Source: Octopus sinensis
Lineage: Eukaryota
NCBI RefSeq assembly: GCF_006345805.1
Contig: NW_021826640.1
Coordinates: 1 to 12,265, forward strand
Reading direction: 5' to 3'
Length of the DNA: 12,265 bases
Position 1 is the stretch's first letter; each line of letters begins with the position of its first letter. Of the stretch, positions 1 through 7,729 are shown one piece after another. Both the position numbers and the translations under genes were made by a program. Under the pieces are notes generated by a model, which made no database searches, was not told where the DNA came from, and saw only the letters and a program-made list of their open reading frames with translations.

Positions 1-266
1 AATTGGACCCGCTCTCTTCAACATTACACCAGGACACGTCAAAAAAGAAACTGACCACACAAAATTCAAGAAGTCTTTGGACAAATTCCTTCAAACAGTA
101 CCGGACAAACCACCCACACCCGGATATGTCTCCGCAAACAATAACTCTCTGCTCGAATGGGCCTTGGTGCCCAATCTGAACTGAAAGACTTCGCCAGGTG
201 GTGCTATTAAGTTAGACATAGCCTGGGCAATACTGGCCAAAAACCTTTCTAAGTTATTCTAAGTTA
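1..266 (+). mobile_element. 3' end of a CR1-type LINE (ORF2 C-terminus, 3' UTR and tail)
   Basis: Frame 2..184 reads IGPALFNITPGHVKKETDHTKFKKSLDKFLQTVPDKPTTPGYVSANNNSLLEWALVPNLN*. This fits the GP-x-LFN / FK-x-x-LD-x-FL / VPD-x-P-x-x-PGY / NSL-x-x-W pattern I recall for invertebrate CR1-group ORF2 ends. A short UTR with a possible stem-loop (CCAG..GCTAT/ATAGC..CTGG) follows, then a tandem tail TTCTAAGTTA x2 (247-266). Confidence 0.75.
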
Positions 267-284
267 TATAATATATATATGTAT

Positions 285-353
<69 letters not shown>

Positions 354-392
354 ATATATATATATATATATATACTATATATATAGACACAT
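265..392. repeat. (TA)n microsatellite
   Basis: About 120 bp of near-pure TA dinucleotide directly after the LINE tail. Confidence 0.97.
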
Positions 393-590
393 ATACGTGC
401 ATGATTGACTAAAATTGTCGTTGTAATTTCTTTATCTGCGTTGATGTCCTCTTGCGGTTAAAAAATCGCAATAGAATCCGCTCGAACGGACATCCATGTT
501 AAAGTAGCAACGAATATTACTTCTTTTTCATTAATTTCTCCAAAAATTGCTGTTATTTGCATATCTGGCATTAAAAACTACAGCTGGGTA

Positions 591-1313
591 CCGTGCCGGA
601 TTTAGCACAAATGACGCCCTGTGCTAGTTAAGTTATGATACCCTTATTTGTTGGGAGGTACTTGGAGGCCTCTGTCTTATGAGAGCCCCTTGCTTGGCCC
701 CTTTATGTTAAAGATTAACCTGTAAAGGCGTTCACATAATTAATTTCACTTTTATAACTTTTAGGAAAAACATTTGAACGTTTGACATTTGAAAAATTCA
801 TCGTAAAATTTTAGGAGCAGGAAGCTACCTATCCGCTCCTTATTTCTTTATTGCCCACAAAGGGGCTAAACGTAGAGGGGACAAACAAAGGGATTAAGTC
901 AATTACATCGACCCCGGTGCGTAACTGGTACTTAATTTATCGACCCCGAAAGGATGAAAGGCAAATTCGACGTTGGCGGAATTTCAACTCAGAACGTAGC
1001 GGCAGACGAAATACCTATTTCTTTATTACCCACAAGGGGTTAAACACAGAGGGGACAAACAAGGACAGACATAGGTATTAAGTCCATTACATCGATCCCA
1101 GTGCGTAACTGGTACTTAATTTATCGACCCCGAAAGGATGAAAGGCAAAGTCGACTTCGGCGGAATTTGAACTCAGAACGTAGCAGCAGAGGAAATATCG
1201 CTGAGCATTTCGCCCGGCGTGCTAACGATTCTGCCAGCTCGCCGCCTACTCGCTCCTAGTCAATGGGGCCCTGTGCTGAAGCACACCTAAGCACAGTGGT
1301 AAATCCGGCGCTG
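591..1313. mobile_element. Non-autonomous hAT (Tip100-type) DNA transposon
   Basis: The left TIR is CCGTGCCGGATTTA (591-604) and the right TIR (1300-1313) reverse-complements to CAGCGCCGGATTTA. The 8-bp flanks GCTGGGTA (583-590) and GTTGTGTA (1314-1321) match 6/8. GGCCC/GCCCTGTGCT subterminal motifs are present. The element is absent from the paralogous segment near 4305-4320. Confidence 0.8.
841..1246 (-). mobile_element. tRNA-derived SINE with Meta-like central domain, dimeric form, nested in the hAT element
   Basis: The minus strand starts GGCGGCGAGCTGGCAG, with a B-box-like GAGTTCAAATTCC and GTCGACTTTGCCTTTCATCCTTTCGGGGTCGATAAATTAAGTACCAG. The full unit spans about 1246-1013 and a headless second unit about 1012-841. 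Probable TSD: TATCCGCTCCT (830-840) / TACTCGCTCCT (1247-1257), 9/11. Confidence 0.9.
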
Positions 1314-1432
1314 GTTGTGTAGAATATTCAATAAAATCGAAGCCAGTGTGTCAAACGGAAAGGATCCGACAACGATCACGGCAGCGACGACAACCTCCAA
1401 CCATCCTGATCCAACGTCGAGAGCCTCTAAAT

Positions 1433-1766
1433 GAGAGGCTCGCAACCACTTTTTATCGATGGACCTCTTTGATCGCTATTTTATTCTGGTGGACCACCAT
1501 AGCACTCGAACAAGCTTTATAGAAACTTCTTTCAAAATTCCTATTTTGTTTTTCCACACATTAACTTGTGTATTTTGAACTATGTAAAATGTTAGGGAAA
1601 GAAGCCCAGCAGTTTCTTGCAATAAATAAGAATACATCAAAAGCAAAATGTTTTCAGGGCGCTTAAAATACTTCTTTGGATCCCTAATTCATTATATTGT
1701 TGCATGGACCCCACAAAATCTTATATGGACTTTCAAGGGTTATATGGCCCCGGTTGAGAACCACTA
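1433..1766. mobile_element. hAT Charlie-type MITE
   Basis: The right end GGTTGAGAACCACTA (reverse complement TAGTGGTTCTCAACC) is a Charlie-like TIR. The left end GAGAGGCTCGCAACC is degenerate. There is a perfect 8-bp TSD CTCTAAAT (1425-1432 and 1767-1774), close to the NTCTAGAN target preference of Charlie elements. Confidence 0.82.
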
Positions 1767-1900
1767 CTCTAAATAGTTGACTGGACCTGTTAGATAACAA
1801 GCCAAACCTTCTAAACCTGGAACCCATTATAAACAGTGTAGACATGATTATTCCGTTGACAAAAGATGGGGCGCTGAAGGTTGCTGTGCTTTGATTGTAT

Positions 1901-2232
1901 CTTTTATCTTTTATTTGTGTTCAAGTATTAGACTGCGGCCATGCTGGAGCACCGCCTTGAAGTATTTTTAGTCAAACGAATCGATCACAGTACATGTTTT
2001 GTTTTTAAGCCTAGCACTTATTCTATCAGTTTCTTTGTGCCAAACCGCTAAGTTACGGGGATGTAAACACTAACACCAGTTGACAAGCGGAGGAGTGAGG
2101 GGTGGTGGCAGAAACACTCACACACACGACAGGCTTCATTCAGTTTCCGTTTAACAAATCCACTCAGAAGACTTTGGTCGGTCTGAGGCTATAGTAGAAG
2201 GTACTTGTCCAAGTTGCCACATAATGTGACAA
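1901..2232 (-). mobile_element. Older, 5'-truncated copy of the CORE-like SINE seen at 8500-8895
   Basis: It shares GACTGCGGCCATGCTGGAGCACCGCC, AACCGCTAAGT.ACGGGGA, ACGACAGGCTTC..CAGTTTCCGT, CAAATCCACTCA and TTGGTCGG..GGCTATAG.AGAAG with 8544-8830. The tRNA head is missing and there is no clear TSD. Confidence 0.85.
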
Positions 2233-2241
2233 CCCATTGTT

Positions 2242-2352
2242 GTTAGTGATGATGATGATGAGGTTGAGAATAGTATTGAGGATGAGACTGAAGAGGATAA
2301 CGATGACGACGACGATGAGGATGAAGACGACGACAACGACGATGATGATGAT
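2242..2352. repeat. Degenerate (GAT/GAC)n trinucleotide repeat
   Basis: Runs of GATGATGATG and GACGACGAC. These explain the three low-complexity ORFs at 2151-2422. Confidence 0.9.
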
Positions 2353-2403
2353 ACATCTATTATGTTTGATGTGGATCAATGGCAAGATTGGACTGGTCAG
2401 TAC

Positions 2404-2517
2404 CGTCTGCGCTATACTTTGAGGATACGAGGTAAAGACGCTTGAGAAGAAATTGCCGGCTGCCTGAAGGTGTCTGGAAATAAAAAGAATAGAAAGAAAG
2501 ACAAAGCAGTAAGTTAG
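2404..2517 (-). other. Candidate 3' splice site and small exon of an unidentified host gene
   Basis: The minus strand reads CTAAC (2517-2513), then TTACTGCTTTGTCTTTCTTTCTATTCTTTTTATTTCCAG (AG at 2475-2474), then unique-looking sequence. Possible donors are AAA|GTATAG (exon ends 2418) or ACG|GTACTG (exon ends 2404). I do not recognise the peptide. Confidence 0.35.
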
Positions 2518-2542
2518 GAAGAAGTGAGAAGAAGGAATGAAA

Positions 2543-2940
2543 TCTCTATATATAAAGCTGAAGTTGTCTGTTTATGGCAGGTTTGGTAGCCTTCAACTAA
2601 CACTATCTCCTCCGAGACCCTGCGGCGCAAGTTGACCAAAATTGAGAGTATGATAGAAGAAGGCTTGCTCTTCCTTCTGTAGAAGAAAAAAATTCAAATC
2701 GGACCATGTTAACACCAAAAATTACTTACATCAAAAAGGTGCTTTTTTTTCTATGAAAATCCCTATTTCTTACGATTTTTGACTGCTGTGTCGCCATTTT
2801 TCGGTGTATTTCAACCAGAAAAAATGTTCATTTAAAGAGAGTAACAAGCTACATAATACAAAATTTTTATTTTTCAAAAATTCCAGTTCTAAAGGGTCGT
2901 AAAGAAAACAAGCCCGAGCAACGCTGGGCTATACTGCTAG
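2543..2940 (+). mobile_element. Non-autonomous Helitron, subfamily B
   Basis: It starts TCTCTATATATAAAGCTGAAGTTGT after an A and ends GCCCGAGCAACGCTGGGC-TATACTG-CTAG before a T. There is no TSD. This is the canonical Helitron1 end pattern. Confidence 0.82.
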
Positions 2941-2949
2941 TAAAGAATA

Positions 2950-3030
2950 AACATGCAAAAGGAAGGAGGGAGGAAGGGAGGGGAGAAGAAAGCAAAAGAC
3001 GAAGGAAAGAAGAATGATGAAATGATTACA
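2950..3030. repeat. Purine-rich (GAAG/GGA)n low-complexity tract
   Basis: AAGGAAGGAGGGAGGAAGGGAGGGGAGAAGAAAG... Confidence 0.7.
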
Positions 3031-3199
3031 GATGAAACGCCTTTTATTACAAGGTCTCCTTGATGGGAGCTGGGCCTGGGACCAAGCAACATCGGGTCTG
3101 TTCGGTTTTATACTCTTGTTCTGATTTAATGGAAAAATGTTTGTACAGATGTAGTTTTTCAAGAGAATTACATAAACCACAACCATATTTTTGGAGAAA

Positions 3200-3593
3200 T
3201 CTTTATATATAAAAGTGAAGTTGTGTGTCTGTCTCCTACGATTTAGATTCCTAACTACTCCCACATTTTGCGGTGCAGTTTAACCAAAACCGGGTATCTT
3301 ATAGTCGTGATTCATATCGAGCCCTTCTGGGTATTAGCGCGCGTCTACGATGAGTCTACGATTAAAAAAAATATTACCATCATTTTTCCATTTTAATGCA
3401 TTTTTTCGCTATTACATAAGGGAAGTAACTCTCTAAAAATGTCTACGATTAGTCAACGATTTAAAAAAAATTTACCATAATTTTTTTTCCATTTTTAATG
3501 CATTTTTTTGCTATTTTTTGGATATAACTCTCTAAAAATGCTTATATAGTTATTTCCCTTACAAACCCGAGCAACGCCGGGCGATACTGCTAG
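3200..3593 (+). mobile_element. Non-autonomous Helitron, subfamily A
   Basis: The termini are A|TCTTTATATATAAAAG and CCCGAGCAACGCCGGG (3566-3581, hairpin) ... CTAG|T. It is near-identical to 10308-10709 (2 mismatches in the first ~160 bp). It has an internal ~98-bp tandem duplication (3343-3440 / 3441-3539). Confidence 0.9.
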
Positions 3594-3887
3594 TTAATAA
3601 TAAAATAGTTACGAACTTTTAAAAACTGAAAATTTTCGTAACTCTAATCAATAAGATCCATACGTTCTTCTTTATACGCCATCGCAGTGTTATGGAAGAC
3701 GCCATGTTTGTTTTCTTTTGTTTTGGAGACGCGGCGTTAGTTTGAAAAATTAATGCTAAAAACGTCATAAAACTTTCAGAGATGATAAATATTTAATGAA
3801 ATAGAATGAAATAAAGTTCGTAATAAAATTTTAGGATAAACAACAAAGCTTAAAACTAAACCAACCCTTAAACACGAGTTGGTTTCA

Positions 3888-4119
3888 TATTTCTTTACTG
3901 CCCACAGGGGGCTACACACAGAGGGGACAAACAAGGACAGACAAATGGATCAAGTCGATTATATCAACCCCCAGTGCGTAATTGTTACTTAATTTATCGA
4001 CCCCGAAAGGATGAAAGGCAAAGTCGACCTTGGCGGAATTTGAACTCAGAACGTAACGGCAGACGAAATCCGGCTACGCATTTCGCCCGGCGTGCTAACG
4101 TTTCTGCCAGCTCACTGCC
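3888..4119 (-). mobile_element. tRNA-derived SINE with Meta-like domain, monomeric form
   Basis: Same family as 841-1246 but a single unit, with a perfect 9-bp TSD TTGGTTTCA (3879-3887 and 4120-4128). Confidence 0.93.
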
Positions 4120-4196
4120 TTGGTTTCAATCAGTTACTATGGAAACATATACAAATAACATCATCTATTGGATGCGATGTCAAGAATGGATAAATC

Positions 4197-4885
4197 TGAC
4201 TGATTAAAACTGTAAAAAAAAAAAATTCAGTCTTTAAAGGTTTGTAACTTTTTTGATCATTAATTCCTCAAATAATTGTTATTTGCATAACTCGCATTAA
4301 AAACATCTGTGTTGGAATTTTTATTAAAATTGGAGCCAGCTTATCAAACAGAAAAGATCTGACAACGACAACAACAGCGATTACAACCTTCGGCCATCCT
4401 GGTCCAAGTCAGGGATTCACAACCATTTTTTTTTAATTTATGGAGCCCTTTGATTACTGTTTTATTCTGGTGGATCCCCATATATACTCGATGTTTAAAG
4501 ACAAACTTTATAGAAACTTATTTTAAAATTCCTATTTTGTTTTTCACGCATTAACTTATGTAGGTTGACCAATGTAAAATATCAGAGAAAAAAAAACCAA
4601 TCGATTTTTTTTTTGCAATACATCTAAAGCAAAATGTTTTCCGGCACACTTAAAATATATTGTGGTTCCCTAATTTGCTATTTTGTTGTGTTGAACCCCT
4701 CCCTCCTAAAAAATCATAGATGGATACTCAGGGGCCATACGGACCCCCGTTGGGAACCACTGCTCTAAATATTTGACTGGTCTTGTTAGATAAAAAGCCA
4801 AATTTTCAATTCATAACCACATTAAATAATGTAGTCATGAGTACTCTTTGGACAAAAGACGGGACTCAAAGGCCTGCTGTAACTT
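4197..4885 (+). repeat. Old duplicated segment, copy 2
   Basis: Colinear with 402-582 plus 1322-1890. It lacks the Tip100-type insertion but carries the same Charlie-type MITE at the same site. Confidence 0.8.
4410..4762. mobile_element. hAT Charlie-type MITE (paralogue of 1433-1766)
   Basis: The left TIR is CAGGGATTCACAACC and the right TIR is CGTTGGGAACCACTG. The right flank CTCTAAAT (4763-4770) is the same as in copy 1. The left flank GTCCAAGT is degenerate or partly deleted. Confidence 0.78.
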
Positions 4886-4941
4886 TGTATATCGAAATCA
4901 ATGTTTTTCAACGATTTTTTTTTTTATCTATAGACACTTTT

Positions 4942-5496
4942 GGGTAAATTTTCAGAGTAACACTCGCCCGATTTTCACTAAATAAAAAAAAAAATCGGAT
5001 TTTTTCCGAACCAAAATATGGGATTTGCAGCATATGAGGTCAGGGTACTTGATTCCACGCAAAAAACCCAGAGTTTTTCGATCTTTTCACTTTGACCCGC
5101 AGATTTTAAAAATAATTATTTTGTACCTAAACACTTTTAAACTTCGTGTACTGGTAGAATGTGTCACATGAAACATCTTTTTCTCTTGGCGTTCTTGAGA
5201 AAATTCTGTAGTTTGTAAGCTATTTGTTGCGAAATTTCTCGTATTTCGGCAATTTCAACCAATCAATGACGTCTATTAAGGTGAATACAACAACACATAG
5301 CTTACAAACTACAGAATTTTCTCAAGAACGCCAAGAGAAAAAGATGTTTTATGTGACGCATTCTACCAGTATACGAAGTTTAAAAGTGTTTAGGTGCAAA
5401 AAAATTATTTTTTAAATCTGCCGGTCAAAGTGAAAAGATCCGAGTTTTTCTTTTTCTTAGTGAAAATCGTGCAGGTGTTACTCTGAAAATCTACCC
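4942..5496. mobile_element. Short MITE with GGG termini (about 184 bp once the nested element is removed), superfamily unassigned
   Basis: The left end GGGTAAATTTTCAGAGTAACACTCGCCCGATTTTCACTAA pairs with the right end TTAGTGAAAATCGTGCAGGTGTTACTCTGAAAATCTACCC. The flanks are ACTTTT (4936-4941 and 5497-5502). Confidence 0.8.
5079..5441. mobile_element. Merlin-like non-autonomous element, foldback form, nested in 4942-5496
   Basis: The ends are (C)GATCTTTTCACTTTGACC and GGTCAAAGTGAAAAGATCC, with a perfect 8-bp TSD GAGTTTTT (5071-5078 and 5442-5449). The arms 5079-5229 and 5291-5441 are inverted copies of each other. Confidence 0.88.
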
Positions 5497-5662
5497 ACTT
5501 TTGATTCCTATTTTACTCGGACGTACCATCCGAGCCATCCGATGTTTAAAAAAATCATATATTTTTATAATTAGATATTATTAGGAACTGTATAAAACTC
5601 GTTAAACTATTTCCTGTATTGTAAAAGTATAACCAATTTATTGTAGATAAACTTTAACAACA

Positions 5663-6050
5663 GGAGGTGCAATGGCCCAGTGGTTAGGGCAGCGGACTCG
5701 CGGTCATAGGATCGCGGTTTCGATTCCCAGACCGGGCGTTGTGAGTGTTTATTGAGCGAAAACACTTAAAAGCTCCACGAGGCTCCGGCAGGGGATAGTG
5801 GTGATCCCTGCTGTACTCTTTCATCACAACTTTCTCTCACTCTTACTTCCTGTTTCTGTTGTACCTGTACTTCAAAGGGCCGGCCTTGTCACTCTCTGTG
5901 TCACGCTGAATATCCCCGAGAACTACGTTTAAGGTGCACGTGTCTGTGGAGTGCTCAGCCACTTACACGTTAATTTCACGAGCAGGTTGTTCCGTTGATT
6001 CGGATCAACCGGAACCCTCGTCGTCGTAACCGACGGAGTGCTTCCATGAC
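5663..6050 (+). mobile_element. Full-length tRNA(Arg)-like SINE (resembles the octopus OR-type families)
   Basis: It has an A box TGGCCCAGTGG (5673-5683), a TCG anticodon-like loop (GGACTCGCGGTC) and a B box GGTTTCGATTCCC (5716-5728), followed by a ~320-bp non-tRNA body. There is a perfect 12-bp TSD ACTTTAACAACA (5651-5662 and 6051-6062). The family name is from recall only. Confidence 0.9.
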
Positions 6051-6058
6051 ACTTTAAC

Positions 6059-6118
6059 AACAAAATCTTATATGGACCCCAAGAGTTATATGGACTCCGG
6101 TTGAAAACTATTGGCTAA
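6059..6118. mobile_element. Terminal fragment of the Charlie-type MITE
   Basis: ACAAAATCTTATATGGAC..AAGAGTTATATGGACTCCGGTTGAAAAC matches 1713-1762. Confidence 0.6.
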
Positions 6119-6329
6119 ACTGGTCAAGGGTGACCTGTTACTTCTACGACATTAATTCGGTGAATCTCAAAAGGGTGTGAATTTACCACCGAGGTTAAAC
6201 TTTCTTTCAGTTGAGATTTACATAGCGGAAGATAAATATAATTTTCGATCATATAATGGACAAAGTTCGTGAAGAAATATTTTTAGAACATTACACATCT
6301 TGCTGTCATATACATATAGCGACGCGTAG

Positions 6330-6744
6330 GGCGGTGAGCTGGCAGAAACGTTAGAACGCCAGGTGAAATGCATAGCAGTATTTCGCCTGGCCGCTACGTT
6401 CTGAGTTCAAATTCCGCCGAGGTCGACTTTGCCTTTCATCCTTTCTGGGTCGATAAATTAAGTACCAGTTATGCACTTGGGTCGATGTAATCGACTTAAT
6501 TCATTTGTCTATCCTTGTTTATCCCCTCTGTGTGTAGCCCCTTGTGGGTAGTAAAGAAATAGGTGTTTTCAACTACCGTTACGTTCTGAGTTCAAATTCC
6601 GCCGAGGTCGACTTTGCCTTTCATCGTTTCGGGGTCGATTAAATAAGTACCAGTTACGCACTGGGGGTCGATATAATCGACTTAATACCTTTGTTTGTCC
6701 CCTCTATGTTTAGCCTCCTGTGGACAATAAATAAGTAAATATAT
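6330..6744 (+). mobile_element. tRNA-derived SINE with Meta-like domain, dimeric form
   Basis: A full unit (about 6330-6563) is followed by a headless second unit (about 6564-6740). Probable TSD: ATATAGCGACGCGTAG (6314-6329) / ATATAGCGAAGCGGTAG (6745-6761). Confidence 0.92.
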
Positions 6745-6881
6745 ATATAGCGAAGCGGTAGCGACGGGTGACAATTGCAAAGCTTGTTTATTATATACTT
6801 TACCAGTATTTAATCAATATTTTTTCATGAGAGTAAGGGAGTAAATGACATGGCGAAAAACATTAAGTCGAGAGGTAAATG

Positions 6882-7296
6882 GGATCTTTTCGGTTTGAAC
6901 GGCAGTTTTTCTAGCGGTGTCATATGAAATTGTCACCCATAATTATGACCCTAGTATCGATCTATTGCATTTCAATCTGTTTTAGGGTTAGGGGTGGGGG
7001 GAAGGGTATTTTTTTTTTCTTCAGAAATGTAAATAAACCCAATCTGTTTCTTAAACGAGGGACATATTCATACGGCACAGATTGTTTTCACCTCAATAGA
7101 CGTCATTGATTGGTTGAAATTGCAGAATTTGAAGAAAAAAAAACAACAACAAATATCTTACAAACTATAGAATTTTCTCAATAAAGCCAAGAGAAAAAGA
7201 TGTTTTATAAACACATTCTACAAGAATACGAAGTTTAAAAGTGTTTAGTTACGTGGAAATTATTTTAAAAAACTGCCGTTCAAACCGAAAAGATTC
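6882..7296. mobile_element. Merlin-like non-autonomous element, TIR variant 2
   Basis: It has 29-bp TIRs GGATCTTTTCGGTTTGAACGGCAGTTTTT (1 mismatch) and a perfect 8-bp TSD GGTAAATG (6874-6881 and 7297-7304). The interior is the reverse complement of 9052-9375 (e.g. TCAATAGACGTCATTGATTGGTTGAAATTGC). GG termini with 8-bp TSDs are characteristic of Merlin/IS1016. Confidence 0.88.
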
Positions 7297-7729
7297 GGTA
7301 AATGACAAAAGAGAGTAAGAAAAACACGACTAACTGAAATATGTTTATATCCTTAGTGTATTAGACAAGGATGGAACTTAGTTATGTTGCCATGGTAAGC
7401 ACCATGGTAACAACGACCACTTCCTGCTCGGTTTCTTGTAGCCGGAAAAGTGGAACACCGTTGTCTGTCTGGTTTATTTGACAATCTAGCTCTGCGGACA
7501 CACATACACACTCATCAATTCAGCAATACGCTCACAAAGACACACGCATACATATACATACACGTGTATATTTGCCTAGTAAAACACGTGGATTAGTGTA
7601 ATAAATTCACTTGATCCAATTCTTCCGGTGAGTGAATTTAAAACGCCAGACGAAGAAATCAATTCATTCTCGAGCATTTAAAAGGAAATAGATAAACTCA
7701 AACGTCTGTGATGCCCAGCAGTTGTGATT

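Larger units (their letters stand above)
402..1890 (+). repeat. Old duplicated segment, copy 1 (interrupted by 591-1313)
   Basis: Colinear with about 4197-4885. Anchors: TGATTGACTAAAATTGT/TGACTGATTAAAACTGT; TTATTTGCATA..GCATTAAAAAC; GACAACGA..CAGCGA..ACAACC..CCATCCTG.TCCAA; AAAATTCCTATTTTGTTTT; CTCTAAATA.TTGACTGG..TGTTAGATAA.AAGCCAAA; GACAAAAGA.GGG. Boundaries are approximate. Confidence 0.8.

Noticed and set aside
851-1081. ORFs 851-1081 and 3974-4207 with similar peptides (RNWYLIYRPRKDERQ)
   Set aside because: These are antisense translations of the same SINE, and the similarity reflects the repeat.
2151-2422. Poly-Ser, hydrophobic and Met/Thr-rich ORFs
   Set aside because: They are translations of a (GAT/GAC)n microsatellite and SINE sequence.
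3607-3641. Short inverted repeat AGTTACGAA/TTCGTAACT
   Set aside because: A 9-bp stem in very AT-rich DNA with no TSD or second copy is compatible with chance.
5224-5415. ORFs 5224-5415 and 8933-9139 sharing THSTSIRSLKVF
   Set aside because: Both translate the non-coding arm of the Merlin-like MITE, and no DDE motif is present.
5663-5735. tRNA-Arg gene
   Set aside because: The cloverleaf is imperfect and continues into a ~320-bp body bounded by a 12-bp TSD, so it is a SINE head.
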